Positions 20,088-29,483 of a stretch of DNA of 64,000 nucleotides are shown here, in pieces. The stretch's first letter is position 1; each line of letters opens with the position of its first letter. The stretch is from NCBI GenBank assembly GCA_965140415.1, contig OZ223209.1, positions 4,672,001 through 4,736,000 of the forward strand, given 5' to 3'. A program made the position numbers and the translations under genes. Below the pieces are notes generated by a model that saw only the letters and a program-made list of their open reading frames with translations, ran no database searches and was not told where the DNA came from. This DNA comes from Myxococcota bacterium (GTDB lineage: Bacteria; Myxococcota_A; SURF-8).

Positions 20088-20789
20088 ATGAGTTCGCAGA
20101 CTACGAAAAGTAAAAAGCAATCCACTCCTGCCAAGAAAACGAAGGCAGTTCCTAAAAGCAGCGCGACTAAAAAAACCAGTGCGCCCGCTAAAACCGCGAA
20201 ATCTACAAAAACGACCGCAAAAACCAAAACGGTTAAAAAAGCCGCTGATGGCATTCAAGACGCCACAATCGGCACCAATCAGGTAACATGGTCGATTAAC
20301 CCCAAAATCTATCCACTCGATGTCGTGTACCAGGCCGCTTTTGTGTTCATCGATCGTGCCTACATGCTGTTGGATGTGTCAGCAGACGGAGCCTGGCAGG
20401 TTACACTTAAAGGTAAAACCTCCTTGAAACAAAAAGATTTGACCGCGCTTCAAGGAGAATTTTTCAATGAGTTACTGAACCAAGCCGTTCGCAAGAAGAT
20501 CTCGAAGGACACGAAGAGCTTAAGAGAACTTATTTTAGCCAAGGCACTCTTTGCCGCCGCACGACCTGGTGAGTTGGATCAGATCCGAGAAAACGTCGCC
20601 GCCCCTCCCCGTCAGCAGTCCGAAGAAACCGTTCGGCCTTGGGACGAAGCAACTCAGGAAGAACAGGATGAACTGGACAAGCTGTTGAAAGAAATCGAAG
20701 AAGATTTCGCAGACGATCCGATGGGCATTGCCGTGCCATGGGATGAAAAATATGGCGAAGACGGCGAAAAGAAAAAAGAGGAGGATTAG
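20088..20789 (+). CDS. hxsD: His-Xaa-Ser system HxsD-like protein with basic N-tail and acidic C-tail
   Basis: INPKIYPLDVVYQAAFVFIDRAY..GEFFNELLNQAVR..ISKDT..LRELILAKAL core; AAGGA RBS. Confidence 0.75.
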   Translation: MSSQTTKSKKQSTPAKKTKAVPKSSATKKTSAPAKTAKSTKTTAKTKTVKKAADGIQDATIGTNQVTWSINPKIYPLDVVYQAAFVFIDRAYMLLDVSADGAWQVTLKGKTSLKQKDLTALQGEFFNELLNQAVRKKISKDTKSLRELILAKALFAAARPGELDQIRENVAAPPRQQSEETVRPWDEATQEEQDELDKLLKEIEEDFADDPMGIAVPWDEKYGEDGEKKKEED

Positions 20790-20993
20790 GCAAGCCTTAT
20801 CCTAAAATCTCTTTGTTTTCGTTAATGATTCCCATTGTATCGCAGAACTGAAAAACGCCTCTCCATTGCACAGTCATCAACTTCGTGCTATCATATCGGA
20901 ATAATGAATGGTTAAAATCAGTTGTACTATATAGTATGAAAATAACCTGCGATAAAACACATTGCCAGGTTTTTTTAACGGTGTGAGGATTGA

Positions 20994-22112
20994 ATGAAGA
21001 AAGCATGGATCATTATCGCGATTTTAGCGATTGTGGCGATCATTGATATCGCTGTTCGATATTCCTCCAACCAGCCTAGCAGCGAACTCCAACCGCCTAC
21101 AGAATTTTCCAAAAATAAAAACGCAGATCAAACCAAACCACGCCCCAAGGGGCGTATCACGCGCCAGGAGTTCATGAAAACCCAGGGGAAGAAACAGGTT
21201 GTGCAGGCAAAACCGAAATGGTGCAAGTCTGCCATGCAGAATCTACTCTCTAAAAAAGGATCGGAAATCAACCGTAAGGATCTGGAATTTATCTCTCGCC
21301 TTGCCACTAAAAAAGCACGAGATTCTGCCTGGGTCTACATCAGTAACTATCTTGGTTGTCGGGCATTGGAAAATGATGACATCCGCTATTGCCGCCCGGT
21401 AAGTGGCGTCCACTTTTCAGAAACATTTCATGACTGCACCATCAATTTCAGATCCTGGCGTTTTCTGGATTTATACCTATACCGGAAAGTTGATTTGGCT
21501 GCATTTGAAACTGCCATCAAGGAATACAATGTAGACACCCAAACCTGGATGAAAACGGTGTATCAGGCTGTTCATGAAGATCGGTCTTCGGTTTGCGGCT
21601 CGTTGCCATTTGAAGAACGTTCATCGTGTACGATTTTGGTAGACACGATCAATGGACGGAATATTGAAGACAAAGTTGTGATGAATGACACCGTGAAAAT
21701 CATCCGAGAACTTTTCCAAACCCAAAACCTTAATATAATCAGTGACATCAGAAAATTGGATGGGGGCACTTACCTGGCTGACATTCTTAGCATGATTATG
21801 CTCAAACAAAGCCACTGCGAAAACATTCTGATCCGTGGGTTTGAAAACTCACTGTGTGAACCCCCACCTTTACAGATTAATCTTCCGCCACACCTACAAG
21901 ATCCATCCCAAATCCCGACCAAAAAAAATCAGAAAAATGATGGAATCGATGACTACGTAGCTGATCCAGACGATTTTAAGAATCAAGATAACGGTACACA
22001 AGAGAACCTGAACAACAGCGATCAAGCACAGCCAATGGATCTACCATCAGGACCATATCCATCTGTTCCACCTTCCCCTTCATCTCCATCGGAGAACGGT
22101 TCACCGGAGTAA
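20994..22112 (+). CDS. Hypothetical N-terminally membrane-anchored protein with spaced Cys and Pro/Asp-rich tail
   Basis: 372-aa ORF, GAGG RBS, MKKA plus hydrophobic helix, 7 bp from the downstream rSAM gene. Confidence 0.7.
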   Translation: MKKAWIIIAILAIVAIIDIAVRYSSNQPSSELQPPTEFSKNKNADQTKPRPKGRITRQEFMKTQGKKQVVQAKPKWCKSAMQNLLSKKGSEINRKDLEFISRLATKKARDSAWVYISNYLGCRALENDDIRYCRPVSGVHFSETFHDCTINFRSWRFLDLYLYRKVDLAAFETAIKEYNVDTQTWMKTVYQAVHEDRSSVCGSLPFEERSSCTILVDTINGRNIEDKVVMNDTVKIIRELFQTQNLNIISDIRKLDGGTYLADILSMIMLKQSHCENILIRGFENSLCEPPPLQINLPPHLQDPSQIPTKKNQKNDGIDDYVADPDDFKNQDNGTQENLNNSDQAQPMDLPSGPYPSVPPSPSSPSENGSPE

Positions 22113-22119
22113 AAGCAGT

Positions 22120-23112
22120 ATGGCCAACCTCGGATATATTCAACTTGCCAGGCGATGCAATCAGAAGTGTGTCTTCTGTTCAAACCCTCCCAATGGACGG
22201 ATCATCAGCCTGGATGATGCCAAGCGTTTCGTCGATGACTTTATAGAACGCCAGTATCACGGCATCATCCTCACGGGAGGGGAGCCAACCCTGTTCGGTC
22301 CGATTACGGAACTGCTCAATTACGCCAGAGAGCGCGACATCCCCATGCGCATGGTCAGTAACGGCCAAAAGACTGCCGATTTCGACTATTTGAAATCGTT
22401 GGTCGATGCCGGACTGGTGCAATTGCACTTATCGATTCACAGCGTTCGCGAGAAGGTAGAGGACTACCTGACCCAAATTCCCGGCTCATTCAAGAATCAG
22501 ATGAAAAGCCTGGAAAACGCCGCTAAACTTGGTTTGAACACAGACATCAACTGTGTCATCAACAAGCTGAATGCCGATCATCTGGATGAAAATGTCAAAT
22601 GGCTGACCAATCGGTTTCCCAAGATTCATCATTTCGTGTGGAATAACTTGGACCCTTGCCTGAATGACGAAATGGACCGCTCGGTGATCGCTCGTCTCTC
22701 GGATTTCGAAATCTCGCTTTTCAAGGCCATGTATTACCTGGAACGCACCGGACGCAGTTTCCGTGTCGAGCGAGTACCACTCTGCTACATGGCCGATTAT
22801 GCTGCATTTTCTACGGAAACCCGAAAAATCATCAAAGACGAGGAGCGCATCGTTCATTTCCTGGATCAGAAAGAAACGGTACATCAAGTCAATTTCGCCC
22901 ATGGAAAATTCGATATTTGCAAAACCTGCCGATACGAACCGATCTGCGCTGGCCTGTTCATGCTTGGTAATGGTTATGATCCCAAAGAACTCTCCCCGAT
23001 CTTTTTGGATCCGAACAAGGTTGTGGAAAAAGTACTTCATCGACCCGATCCCGACCGGATTGAGCGTATCAAGCGCAAAAACAGTGACATGACCCATCCG
23101 GATCGGTCATGA
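22120..23112 (+). CDS. Radical SAM protein, HxsC-related
   Basis: MANLGYIQ..RCNQKCVFCSNP, ILTGGEPT, VPLC, C-terminal CKTCRYEPICAG. Confidence 0.9.
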   Translation: MANLGYIQLARRCNQKCVFCSNPPNGRIISLDDAKRFVDDFIERQYHGIILTGGEPTLFGPITELLNYARERDIPMRMVSNGQKTADFDYLKSLVDAGLVQLHLSIHSVREKVEDYLTQIPGSFKNQMKSLENAAKLGLNTDINCVINKLNADHLDENVKWLTNRFPKIHHFVWNNLDPCLNDEMDRSVIARLSDFEISLFKAMYYLERTGRSFRVERVPLCYMADYAAFSTETRKIIKDEERIVHFLDQKETVHQVNFAHGKFDICKTCRYEPICAGLFMLGNGYDPKELSPIFLDPNKVVEKVLHRPDPDRIERIKRKNSDMTHPDRS

Positions 23113-24275
23113 CGGAAGACGTTGCGCCAGGGGGCTGGCTCCATTACTTGATTCTATTCCCAGCTCTTTATCTTGGCATCGTCACTTCTATCGAAGACAC
23201 CCGTTTCGGAAAAATCTACCGCCACCATATTCGGTTCGGCATCGTTATCGGCTTGGTCTGGTTGGCTGCTCTGGTCGTGTTTCATCTTTTCTTTCTAAAA
23301 GATTTCGGTTTCTTGTTGCAGAGCCTACCACACTGCCTTCTTGCCGCACTCATCGCGCTTGTGTTATCCGGCGGTATGTGGTGGTTCAACGTATGGTCGG
23401 CCGCGGACGCCAAGCTGTTTTCCGTTTTTACACTGCTGCTTCCCGTTCCGGTTATCATGGCGCACCATTCACCCACGCTGTTTTCACTGACGCTGATGGT
23501 AAACGTCTATACGGTGGCATTCGTATTGATCTGCGCCGATTTTATTTTACGCTTCACTTCTCGCGGCACGGGGAAGCTAGGCCTGTTCTTTCATGCAGCA
23601 TCTGCCGAAAGGCGAGATATCTTAAAAAGCGGAATTGACTATTTTCGTGAGAATGTACCAGGTTGGATTAAAACTTTCATCGGCATCGCGTTAATTCTAG
23701 TGCTCGTGCGCACACTCAGAAGAGCCGTCAGTGATGAATTGCAGCAGGTCGTAACACTAGACCCTACCCTGCTCTTTCTGGCTCTCTTCCTTGCTTTCCG
23801 TCCCCTGCATATGCTCTTTCAAATCAAAGCCGTCGCAATTGTCGCTCTGCTTGGATTTGTAACTTTCCTCGGCTACGAGTGGTACCTTGATCCTACAGGG
23901 CAACGCCTGCTCGAATCCGCCAGCGTTGGCGGTTGGGCATTGGGACTGATTCTATTCAGGCAGGTATACAGCTATTGGACAAGCCTGGTGGAACAAAGGC
24001 GAATTTCCCTGCAAGACCTGCGGGAACACCTGATTCTTGCTACCAGCACTCGCTCCGAGCTGCAAGCTCAGAATGTATTTTCAGAAGAAGAAATGAAACA
24101 GATCGGAGTTGAAGGACTCAACGCCGAACAAGTCTTACGGATTCAACAACTATACCAAGATCCGGAAGAACAGCAGCAGATTGCCATTGAAAATACAATC
24201 CCCTTTGCCCCCTTTATTTTCGGTGGTTACTTGGCCACCATCTACGTTGGAGATGTACTTTTAAAACTGCATTAG
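23109..24275 (+). CDS. A24 prepilin/preflagellin-peptidase-like polytopic aspartyl protease
   Basis: First Asp in SIEDTRFGKI, second in WSAADAKLF (GxGD-like), C-terminal IPFAPFIFGG; ATGA overlap with the rSAM gene. Confidence 0.7.
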   Translation: MTEDVAPGGWLHYLILFPALYLGIVTSIEDTRFGKIYRHHIRFGIVIGLVWLAALVVFHLFFLKDFGFLLQSLPHCLLAALIALVLSGGMWWFNVWSAADAKLFSVFTLLLPVPVIMAHHSPTLFSLTLMVNVYTVAFVLICADFILRFTSRGTGKLGLFFHAASAERRDILKSGIDYFRENVPGWIKTFIGIALILVLVRTLRRAVSDELQQVVTLDPTLLFLALFLAFRPLHMLFQIKAVAIVALLGFVTFLGYEWYLDPTGQRLLESASVGGWALGLILFRQVYSYWTSLVEQRRISLQDLREHLILATSTRSELQAQNVFSEEEMKQIGVEGLNAEQVLRIQQLYQDPEEQQQIAIENTIPFAPFIFGGYLATIYVGDVLLKLH

Positions 24276-24297
24276 TCTTTAAGACGTTATCCTATTA

Positions 24298-24678
24298 TTA
24301 GTGCCCGCATCCGCCTCCATGCCCATGCCCGGCGCAAGTGTGCTGTGGGGTAAACAACGGCAACTCACCAGCATTGAACGCCTCAACCGCTGCACTGATA
24401 TTCACCATCGGTGCCTTGTAGACTTTAACTCCTCCCGCCAATAACTTGTTCAAAGCCCCCAGGCCGATTCCTCCAACCAAAATACCATCCACACTTTTGC
24501 CATCGATAGCATCCAGTGGACGGCACATACCATGCTCGTGATGCTGATCTTTATTCTGCAACGGTTCACATTGCAGCGTTTCCGTATCTACGATCATAAA
24601 CAGCGGTGCAGAGCCAAAATGGCCGTATACCACACTTTCCAAACCCTTGTTCAATGCTACGGGAATACACAATTTCAT
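24298..24678 (-). CDS. NifB/NifX family metal-cluster-binding protein
   Basis: VYGHFGSAP.F, GGIG.GA, His/Cys-rich tail. Confidence 0.88.
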   Translation of the reverse strand: MKLCIPVALNKGLESVVYGHFGSAPLFMIVDTETLQCEPLQNKDQHHEHGMCRPLDAIDGKSVDGILVGGIGLGALNKLLAGGVKVYKAPMVNISAAVEAFNAGELPLFTPQHTCAGHGHGGGCGH

Positions 24679-24980
24679 CTTTCGTTCTCCTGATGTTTTA
24701 CAGGTTCACCTACAATCAACGCTTTACCGTGAACCAACGCCAAAGCTGTCTTTTTGCGAGCAGCGGTTACGATTCTCTGCACCGTCCCACGCGACACATT
24801 CATCCGTTCCCCAGCCTGCGCTTGTGTCAATCCTTCCAAATCGCAAAGGCGTAGCGCCTCTAATTCGTCAAGCGATAGAAAAAGGTGCTCTAATTGGTGC
24901 ATGGGAGTACCGGTCGGTTTAAAAGCACCTTTCGGATATGGACATTCACAAATACGCGGTTTAACGGGTCGAGCAGACAT
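24675..24980 (-). CDS. DUF134 family predicted DNA-binding protein
   Basis: ARP.KPR, FKP.G, DELEALRL.DLEGL.Q..AG.RM.VSR.T; AGGAGG RBS. Confidence 0.9.
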   Translation of the reverse strand: MSARPVKPRICECPYPKGAFKPTGTPMHQLEHLFLSLDELEALRLCDLEGLTQAQAGERMNVSRGTVQRIVTAARKKTALALVHGKALIVGEPVKHQENER

Positions 24981-24996
24981 GCAACACCTCCTATTG

Positions 24997-25010
24997 TGTG
25001 CATATGCACA
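24997..25010. promoter_or_regulatory. Perfect 14-bp palindrome, candidate operator
   Basis: TGTGCATATGCACA between a TATACT -10 box (25015-25010, minus strand) and the RBS. Confidence 0.65.
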
Positions 25011-25091
25011 GTATAAAACAGAAGTCTTCCCGTCAAGGACTTTTGCCATTCTTTTAAAATCGATTTACTGGAGGTAGCTAATTGCCTACAG

Positions 25092-25126
25092 AAAAACGGG
25101 CCGCCTGATTTCAGGCGACCCGTTTT
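25092..25126 (-). terminator. Terminator of yajC-secDF
   Basis: aaaacggg.cgcctga / tcaggcg.cccgtttt stem with flanking A/T tracts. Confidence 0.75.
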
Positions 25127-25156
25127 ATGACGATGTAAAGCTTTGGTGATTCTAAA

Positions 25157-26302
25157 TCACGCCTTGGCGTTTGCTGCGCGATGCTCAAGGAAACGATACA
25201 GATAGATCATGATCGGGGAGGCAACGAAAACCGAAGAATAGGTACCGACAAACACACCGATCAACAACGCGAAAGCAAAGTCAAGGATAATACCACCACC
25301 GAAAACGATCAGGGCGATCACGACCAGCAACGTCGTAGTAGAAGTCAGCACTGTACGAGACAGAGTCTGGTTTAAACTTTCGTTCACAACTTCTTCCAAC
25401 GGTTTGACTTTGACTTTGGATAGATTCTCACGGATACGATCGTACACGACAATTGTATCATTCAGAGAATAACCGACAATGGTCAGTAGCGCGGCGATAA
25501 TCGGGATGGTGAATTCGACATTCAAAATCGAGAAAATACCCGCAGTGATCGACACGTCGTGAACCAATGCAACCACCGCACCGGGAGCGAAGCGGAAGTC
25601 GAAACGGAACGCGATGTAAATGAGAATACCGATAAGCGCGTAGACAATCGACAAGATACCTTTTTGCTTAAGTTGCTCACCGACCTTGGGACCGACCGAA
25701 TCCAGACGTAGGATTTCAAATGAATCCTTGCCGAATTTCTGCTCCAACACTTTCGCGATCATCGGGGAAAGTCCCTCCAGCACGCAACGATACACGTAGC
25801 GTCCTTCGCTACCGGTCACGTTGATCTCGTTGACAGGAGCATCGGCAGATTTGAAGATTTCACGGATTTTGTCCTCGTCCGCCTTTTGCTTCAACTGGAA
25901 TTCGATTTTATCACCACCGCTGGTGGAATGATGAAACCGTCTGAAGCCTTTATCTCCAAACGCAGCCTGCAAGCCGCTCATGATGGCCGCTTCGCGTTTT
26001 TCGTTGACAAAGGAAATGTTCGCCAGCTTGATCAGGTATTCATTCGTTTCCGTCAAACCGAAGCGTTGTACTTCGGCAGCGATGTCCGTCAAACCACCAA
26101 TCGCCTCGCGTACGTCCGCAGCTTCGGCAGGTTGATTGAATTTCACCTGAACTTCCGTACCACCGGCGAAATCGATGCCGTAATTGAAACCATTGATCGC
26201 GACAATGATCAAACAGGCCAATACGACCACGCCCGAGGCGATCAGGAATTTCTTGGCATTGGGAATAAACTGTATATTGATGTCAGGGCTGATGAGCTGC
26301 AT
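25157..26302 (-). CDS. secF: Protein translocase subunit SecF
   Basis: GIDFAGG, VGPKVG, HDV, GYSLNDTIVVYDRIRE, GTYSS. Confidence 0.97.
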   Translation of the reverse strand: MQLISPDINIQFIPNAKKFLIASGVVVLACLIIVAINGFNYGIDFAGGTEVQVKFNQPAEAADVREAIGGLTDIAAEVQRFGLTETNEYLIKLANISFVNEKREAAIMSGLQAAFGDKGFRRFHHSTSGGDKIEFQLKQKADEDKIREIFKSADAPVNEINVTGSEGRYVYRCVLEGLSPMIAKVLEQKFGKDSFEILRLDSVGPKVGEQLKQKGILSIVYALIGILIYIAFRFDFRFAPGAVVALVHDVSITAGIFSILNVEFTIPIIAALLTIVGYSLNDTIVVYDRIRENLSKVKVKPLEEVVNESLNQTLSRTVLTSTTTLLVVIALIVFGGGIILDFAFALLIGVFVGTYSSVFVASPIMIYLYRFLEHRAANAKA

Positions 26303-26317
26303 CGATTGACTCCTCGA

Positions 26318-28075
26318 CTAAATGCTCAGGGTTTGTTTGTTGCTCTTCTGATTGATGCCATCGAACACGAGACGTGTTACAACGATAGCAGTAAACATTG
26401 AGCAGGCGATACCAACCAACAAGGTCACGGCAAAGCCCTTAACCGGGCCAGTTCCGTAGCTCCACAGAACAAAGCCAGCCAGCGCCGTCGTGATGTTGGC
26501 GTCGAAGATGGTCCAGAAAGCTTTACTGTAGCCACTGTCCACCGCCGCTTTAGGCGTCTTACCAATGCGCAATTCCTCTCGAACGCGCTCGTAGATAATC
26601 ACGTTGGCGTCAACCGCCATACCGATTGTCAACACAATTCCGGCAAGACCAGGTAACGTCAGTGTGGCTCCGAAACCAGCCATCACCGCCATGATGAACA
26701 ACAGGTTCAGGAACAACGCCAGATTGGCGATCAAACCGGACATGTTGTAATAGATAATCATGAAAATCACGACCAGTACGAATCCGATCAGGATCGAAGT
26801 TTTTCCACTCTCAATCGAATCGTGACCGAGGGTCGGACCGACGGTTCGTGTCTCTTCGAATTTAACCGGGGCAGGCAGAGCACCGGCACGCAAAACAACC
26901 GCCAGATCCTGAGCCTCATTAAAGAGTTCATTGTAGCTCTGCAAAGTACCCAATGTGATCTGGGCACGACCGCCACCAATGCGCGCCTGGATGACCGGAG
27001 CAGACTTGATTCGGTTATCCAGCACGATGGCCATGCGCTCTTTTACATGATCGCCGGTCACCTTCTCGAACATCTTTGCACCTTGGCGGTCAAAATTCAT
27101 CGAGACGTATGGGCGATTCTGTCGCTGATCGATGGAGACACGAGCGTCGGTGATATAGTCACCTGTCAGCATGGTTTTACGCAACAGGTTGTAACTGCGC
27201 ATACGCGTTTCCATTTTCTTGGGATCTTCAAAATCCTCGAAGAGAATCTGATGCTGCGCATCCACCTTGTCTTCCAACCAAGCCCGGATAGTTTTGATGT
27301 TCTCGCCGTTTTTGTCTTTAACCGCTTCAAGGTAGGGAGCCCGAAGCAGATTACCGTTTTTATCGCGCAGGCTCTCGTACTTCATTTCCCAGTTTTCAGG
27401 AAGCTGATCTTTGTACTTGTTCAGATCGGTATAAGTATCGTCGACGATTTTGAATTCCAACTGCGCCGTTTGACCGATCATCTTGCGAGCGCGTTCGATA
27501 TCCTTGATACCCGGAATCTGAATCAGAATAGAGGTTTCACCCTGCTTGGCGACCATCGCTTCGCGCACGGCCATTTCATCGATACGATTGCGCAACGTTT
27601 CGATAGCCTGCAAGACCGCATATTGCTTGCGGTGCTTGGAGAATTCCTCCTTGATGCGATATTGAAGCGTGGTTTCCGGTTCGCTATTAGCAGTTTCACG
27701 ACTCATGTTGCCAAGGTACTTATCCAGTTTTTCCTCGGCAGCCTTTCGTTGTTCCGCATCGGCAAAGGTAATATCCATAACCGGCTCGCCTTCCAGCGTG
27801 CTCAGTTCTTTACACTTCAAGCCTTCTTCCTCGCAGAACTGGTCGACTTCTTCAGTAAGACGATCCACGTAATCCACCACGGCTTTGTCCACTTCGACGC
27901 CCAGCACCAAATGGATGCCGCCACGAAGATCCAAGCCGAGATTGATCTGCTTGTCCACAATTCCCCTGTACCAATCGGGGAGGCTCTTACCTAACAGGGT
28001 AGGCAACAGATAAGCAACCGCCAGAATAACCAGCGCTGCTACGCCCGTAAACTTCCACCACCATTTGCGTTCCAT
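26318..28075 (-). CDS. secD: Protein translocase subunit SecD
   Basis: LGLDLRGG, GALPA, TLPGLAG..IGMAVDANV..ERVREE, DANITT; AAGGAG RBS before 28075. Confidence 0.97.
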   Translation of the reverse strand: MERKWWWKFTGVAALVILAVAYLLPTLLGKSLPDWYRGIVDKQINLGLDLRGGIHLVLGVEVDKAVVDYVDRLTEEVDQFCEEEGLKCKELSTLEGEPVMDITFADAEQRKAAEEKLDKYLGNMSRETANSEPETTLQYRIKEEFSKHRKQYAVLQAIETLRNRIDEMAVREAMVAKQGETSILIQIPGIKDIERARKMIGQTAQLEFKIVDDTYTDLNKYKDQLPENWEMKYESLRDKNGNLLRAPYLEAVKDKNGENIKTIRAWLEDKVDAQHQILFEDFEDPKKMETRMRSYNLLRKTMLTGDYITDARVSIDQRQNRPYVSMNFDRQGAKMFEKVTGDHVKERMAIVLDNRIKSAPVIQARIGGGRAQITLGTLQSYNELFNEAQDLAVVLRAGALPAPVKFEETRTVGPTLGHDSIESGKTSILIGFVLVVIFMIIYYNMSGLIANLALFLNLLFIMAVMAGFGATLTLPGLAGIVLTIGMAVDANVIIYERVREELRIGKTPKAAVDSGYSKAFWTIFDANITTALAGFVLWSYGTGPVKGFAVTLLVGIACSMFTAIVVTRLVFDGINQKSNKQTLSI

Positions 28076-28182
28076 CTGGTGTGACTCCTTAGCCCTCACA
28101 ATTCAATATCGTTTTTGCCGATAACAGTCAATCAAGGTCCGACCGGAAATTTTCCGCTTATACCGTGACGACAACCAGAATG

Positions 28183-28524
28183 CTATTTCTTATCTTTAGC
28201 AACCGCTTCGGTTGCCTTCAAACCGGCGATCTGCGAGCGTTGCACCTTAATGCGTACGTTCGGCGCGACTTCAATCGTGACCACCTGATCGGTCAGGTTG
28301 GTAACTTTGCCGTAAATACCGCCCGAAGTCACCACTTCATCATCGTGCTTCAGGTTGTTTAATAACGCCATATGCTCTTTTTGACGCTTCTGTTGAGGAC
28401 GAATCAGCAAGAAATAGAAAATCACCAGAATCAGGCCGATCTGAATGATCAGATCCCACATTCCAGCCCCTTGCGCAGTCGATTCCTGGGTAACGACCAA
28501 TTGCAGCAATTGGGAAATCTGCAC
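28183..28524 (-). CDS. yajC: Preprotein translocase subunit YajC
   Basis: FYFLLIRPQQKRQK, D.VVTSGGIYG. Confidence 0.95.
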   Translation of the reverse strand: MQISQLLQLVVTQESTAQGAGMWDLIIQIGLILVIFYFLLIRPQQKRQKEHMALLNNLKHDDEVVTSGGIYGKVTNLTDQVVTIEVAPNVRIKVQRSQIAGLKATEAVAKDKK

Positions 28525-28833
28525 CGAACACCTCCTAAACCACGAAAACGGTTAACGATTCCAACCAGCATAGCAGTGCTGAAGAATCCGTTGTTTCTAC
28601 CAGATAACCTCCACAGGGTCAACAATTTCTTTTGCCAGTAATATGCTTTCCCACATGGGTTTATCTTTTCAACATTACCTGCTGTAGGCACCTGTATTTA
28701 CAACGTTTTTTAATTATCGAAGATTAAGAAAAAGATTGGCATCCGTTCGAACGGTTCGACTAGGTTCAAGGGAAGTTGCAAAGTGGATGAAGTTACACAT
28801 GTGATAGTAACAGTCACACAGAAACTCGACAGG

Positions 28834-29256
28834 TTAACCCGTTGCGTTACGTCTGCGCTTTGCAATCAACCTTTGAATACGCCACTTTTCCAAGAGATTG
28901 TAGCTGTTCCACTTTTCGATTTCCTCAGGATATCGAAAACAACCTTTACATAGAAATGTGGCAGAATCAATCCGACAATCCAGAGTACAAGGATTGGTGC
29001 GTCTTTTGGGTTGCCTATCCTGATTCCCCTGATTTTTAACTTTGCGGCTTCCTCCAATTGCGGCTCTTCGCTTTTCCAGCGTTTTCACCAGATCCAACTT
29101 TTCTCCATCGCTAAAATTGGACCATAATTTGATTTCGTCCAATGTCCGTAAGCAACCATTGCAACGTTTCAGGTTGGTGTCTATATCGCATTCCCCTCTA
29201 CAGGGAGAAGGCACACCGTATTGTGGTATTGACATCACGAGATTCCTTGTTTTCAA
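28834..29256 (-). CDS. Tandem DUF1289-domain Cys protein
   Basis: Two copies of (S/N)PC...C.ID....C.GC.R...EI..W. Confidence 0.8.
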   Translation of the reverse strand: MKTRNLVMSIPQYGVPSPCRGECDIDTNLKRCNGCLRTLDEIKLWSNFSDGEKLDLVKTLEKRRAAIGGSRKVKNQGNQDRQPKRRTNPCTLDCRIDSATFLCKGCFRYPEEIEKWNSYNLLEKWRIQRLIAKRRRNATG

Positions 29257-29483
29257 ACTACTTGCAGGCTCACGATCTTAGACAAGTCTATCTTTTCCTG
29301 CATACATTATTTATGCTACCAAATTTATGCTACCAAACAAATCCCCCCTATTCGTTGCCACTGTTCGATAGAGAGAAAACAAGAAGGACTTTCTTCCATG
29401 ATTTTTAGGATAGGATGAAAATCGGAAAGGAATGTTTTGGGAAGTGATCGATTTCTAAAACACAGCAAATCGATCATATTTTC

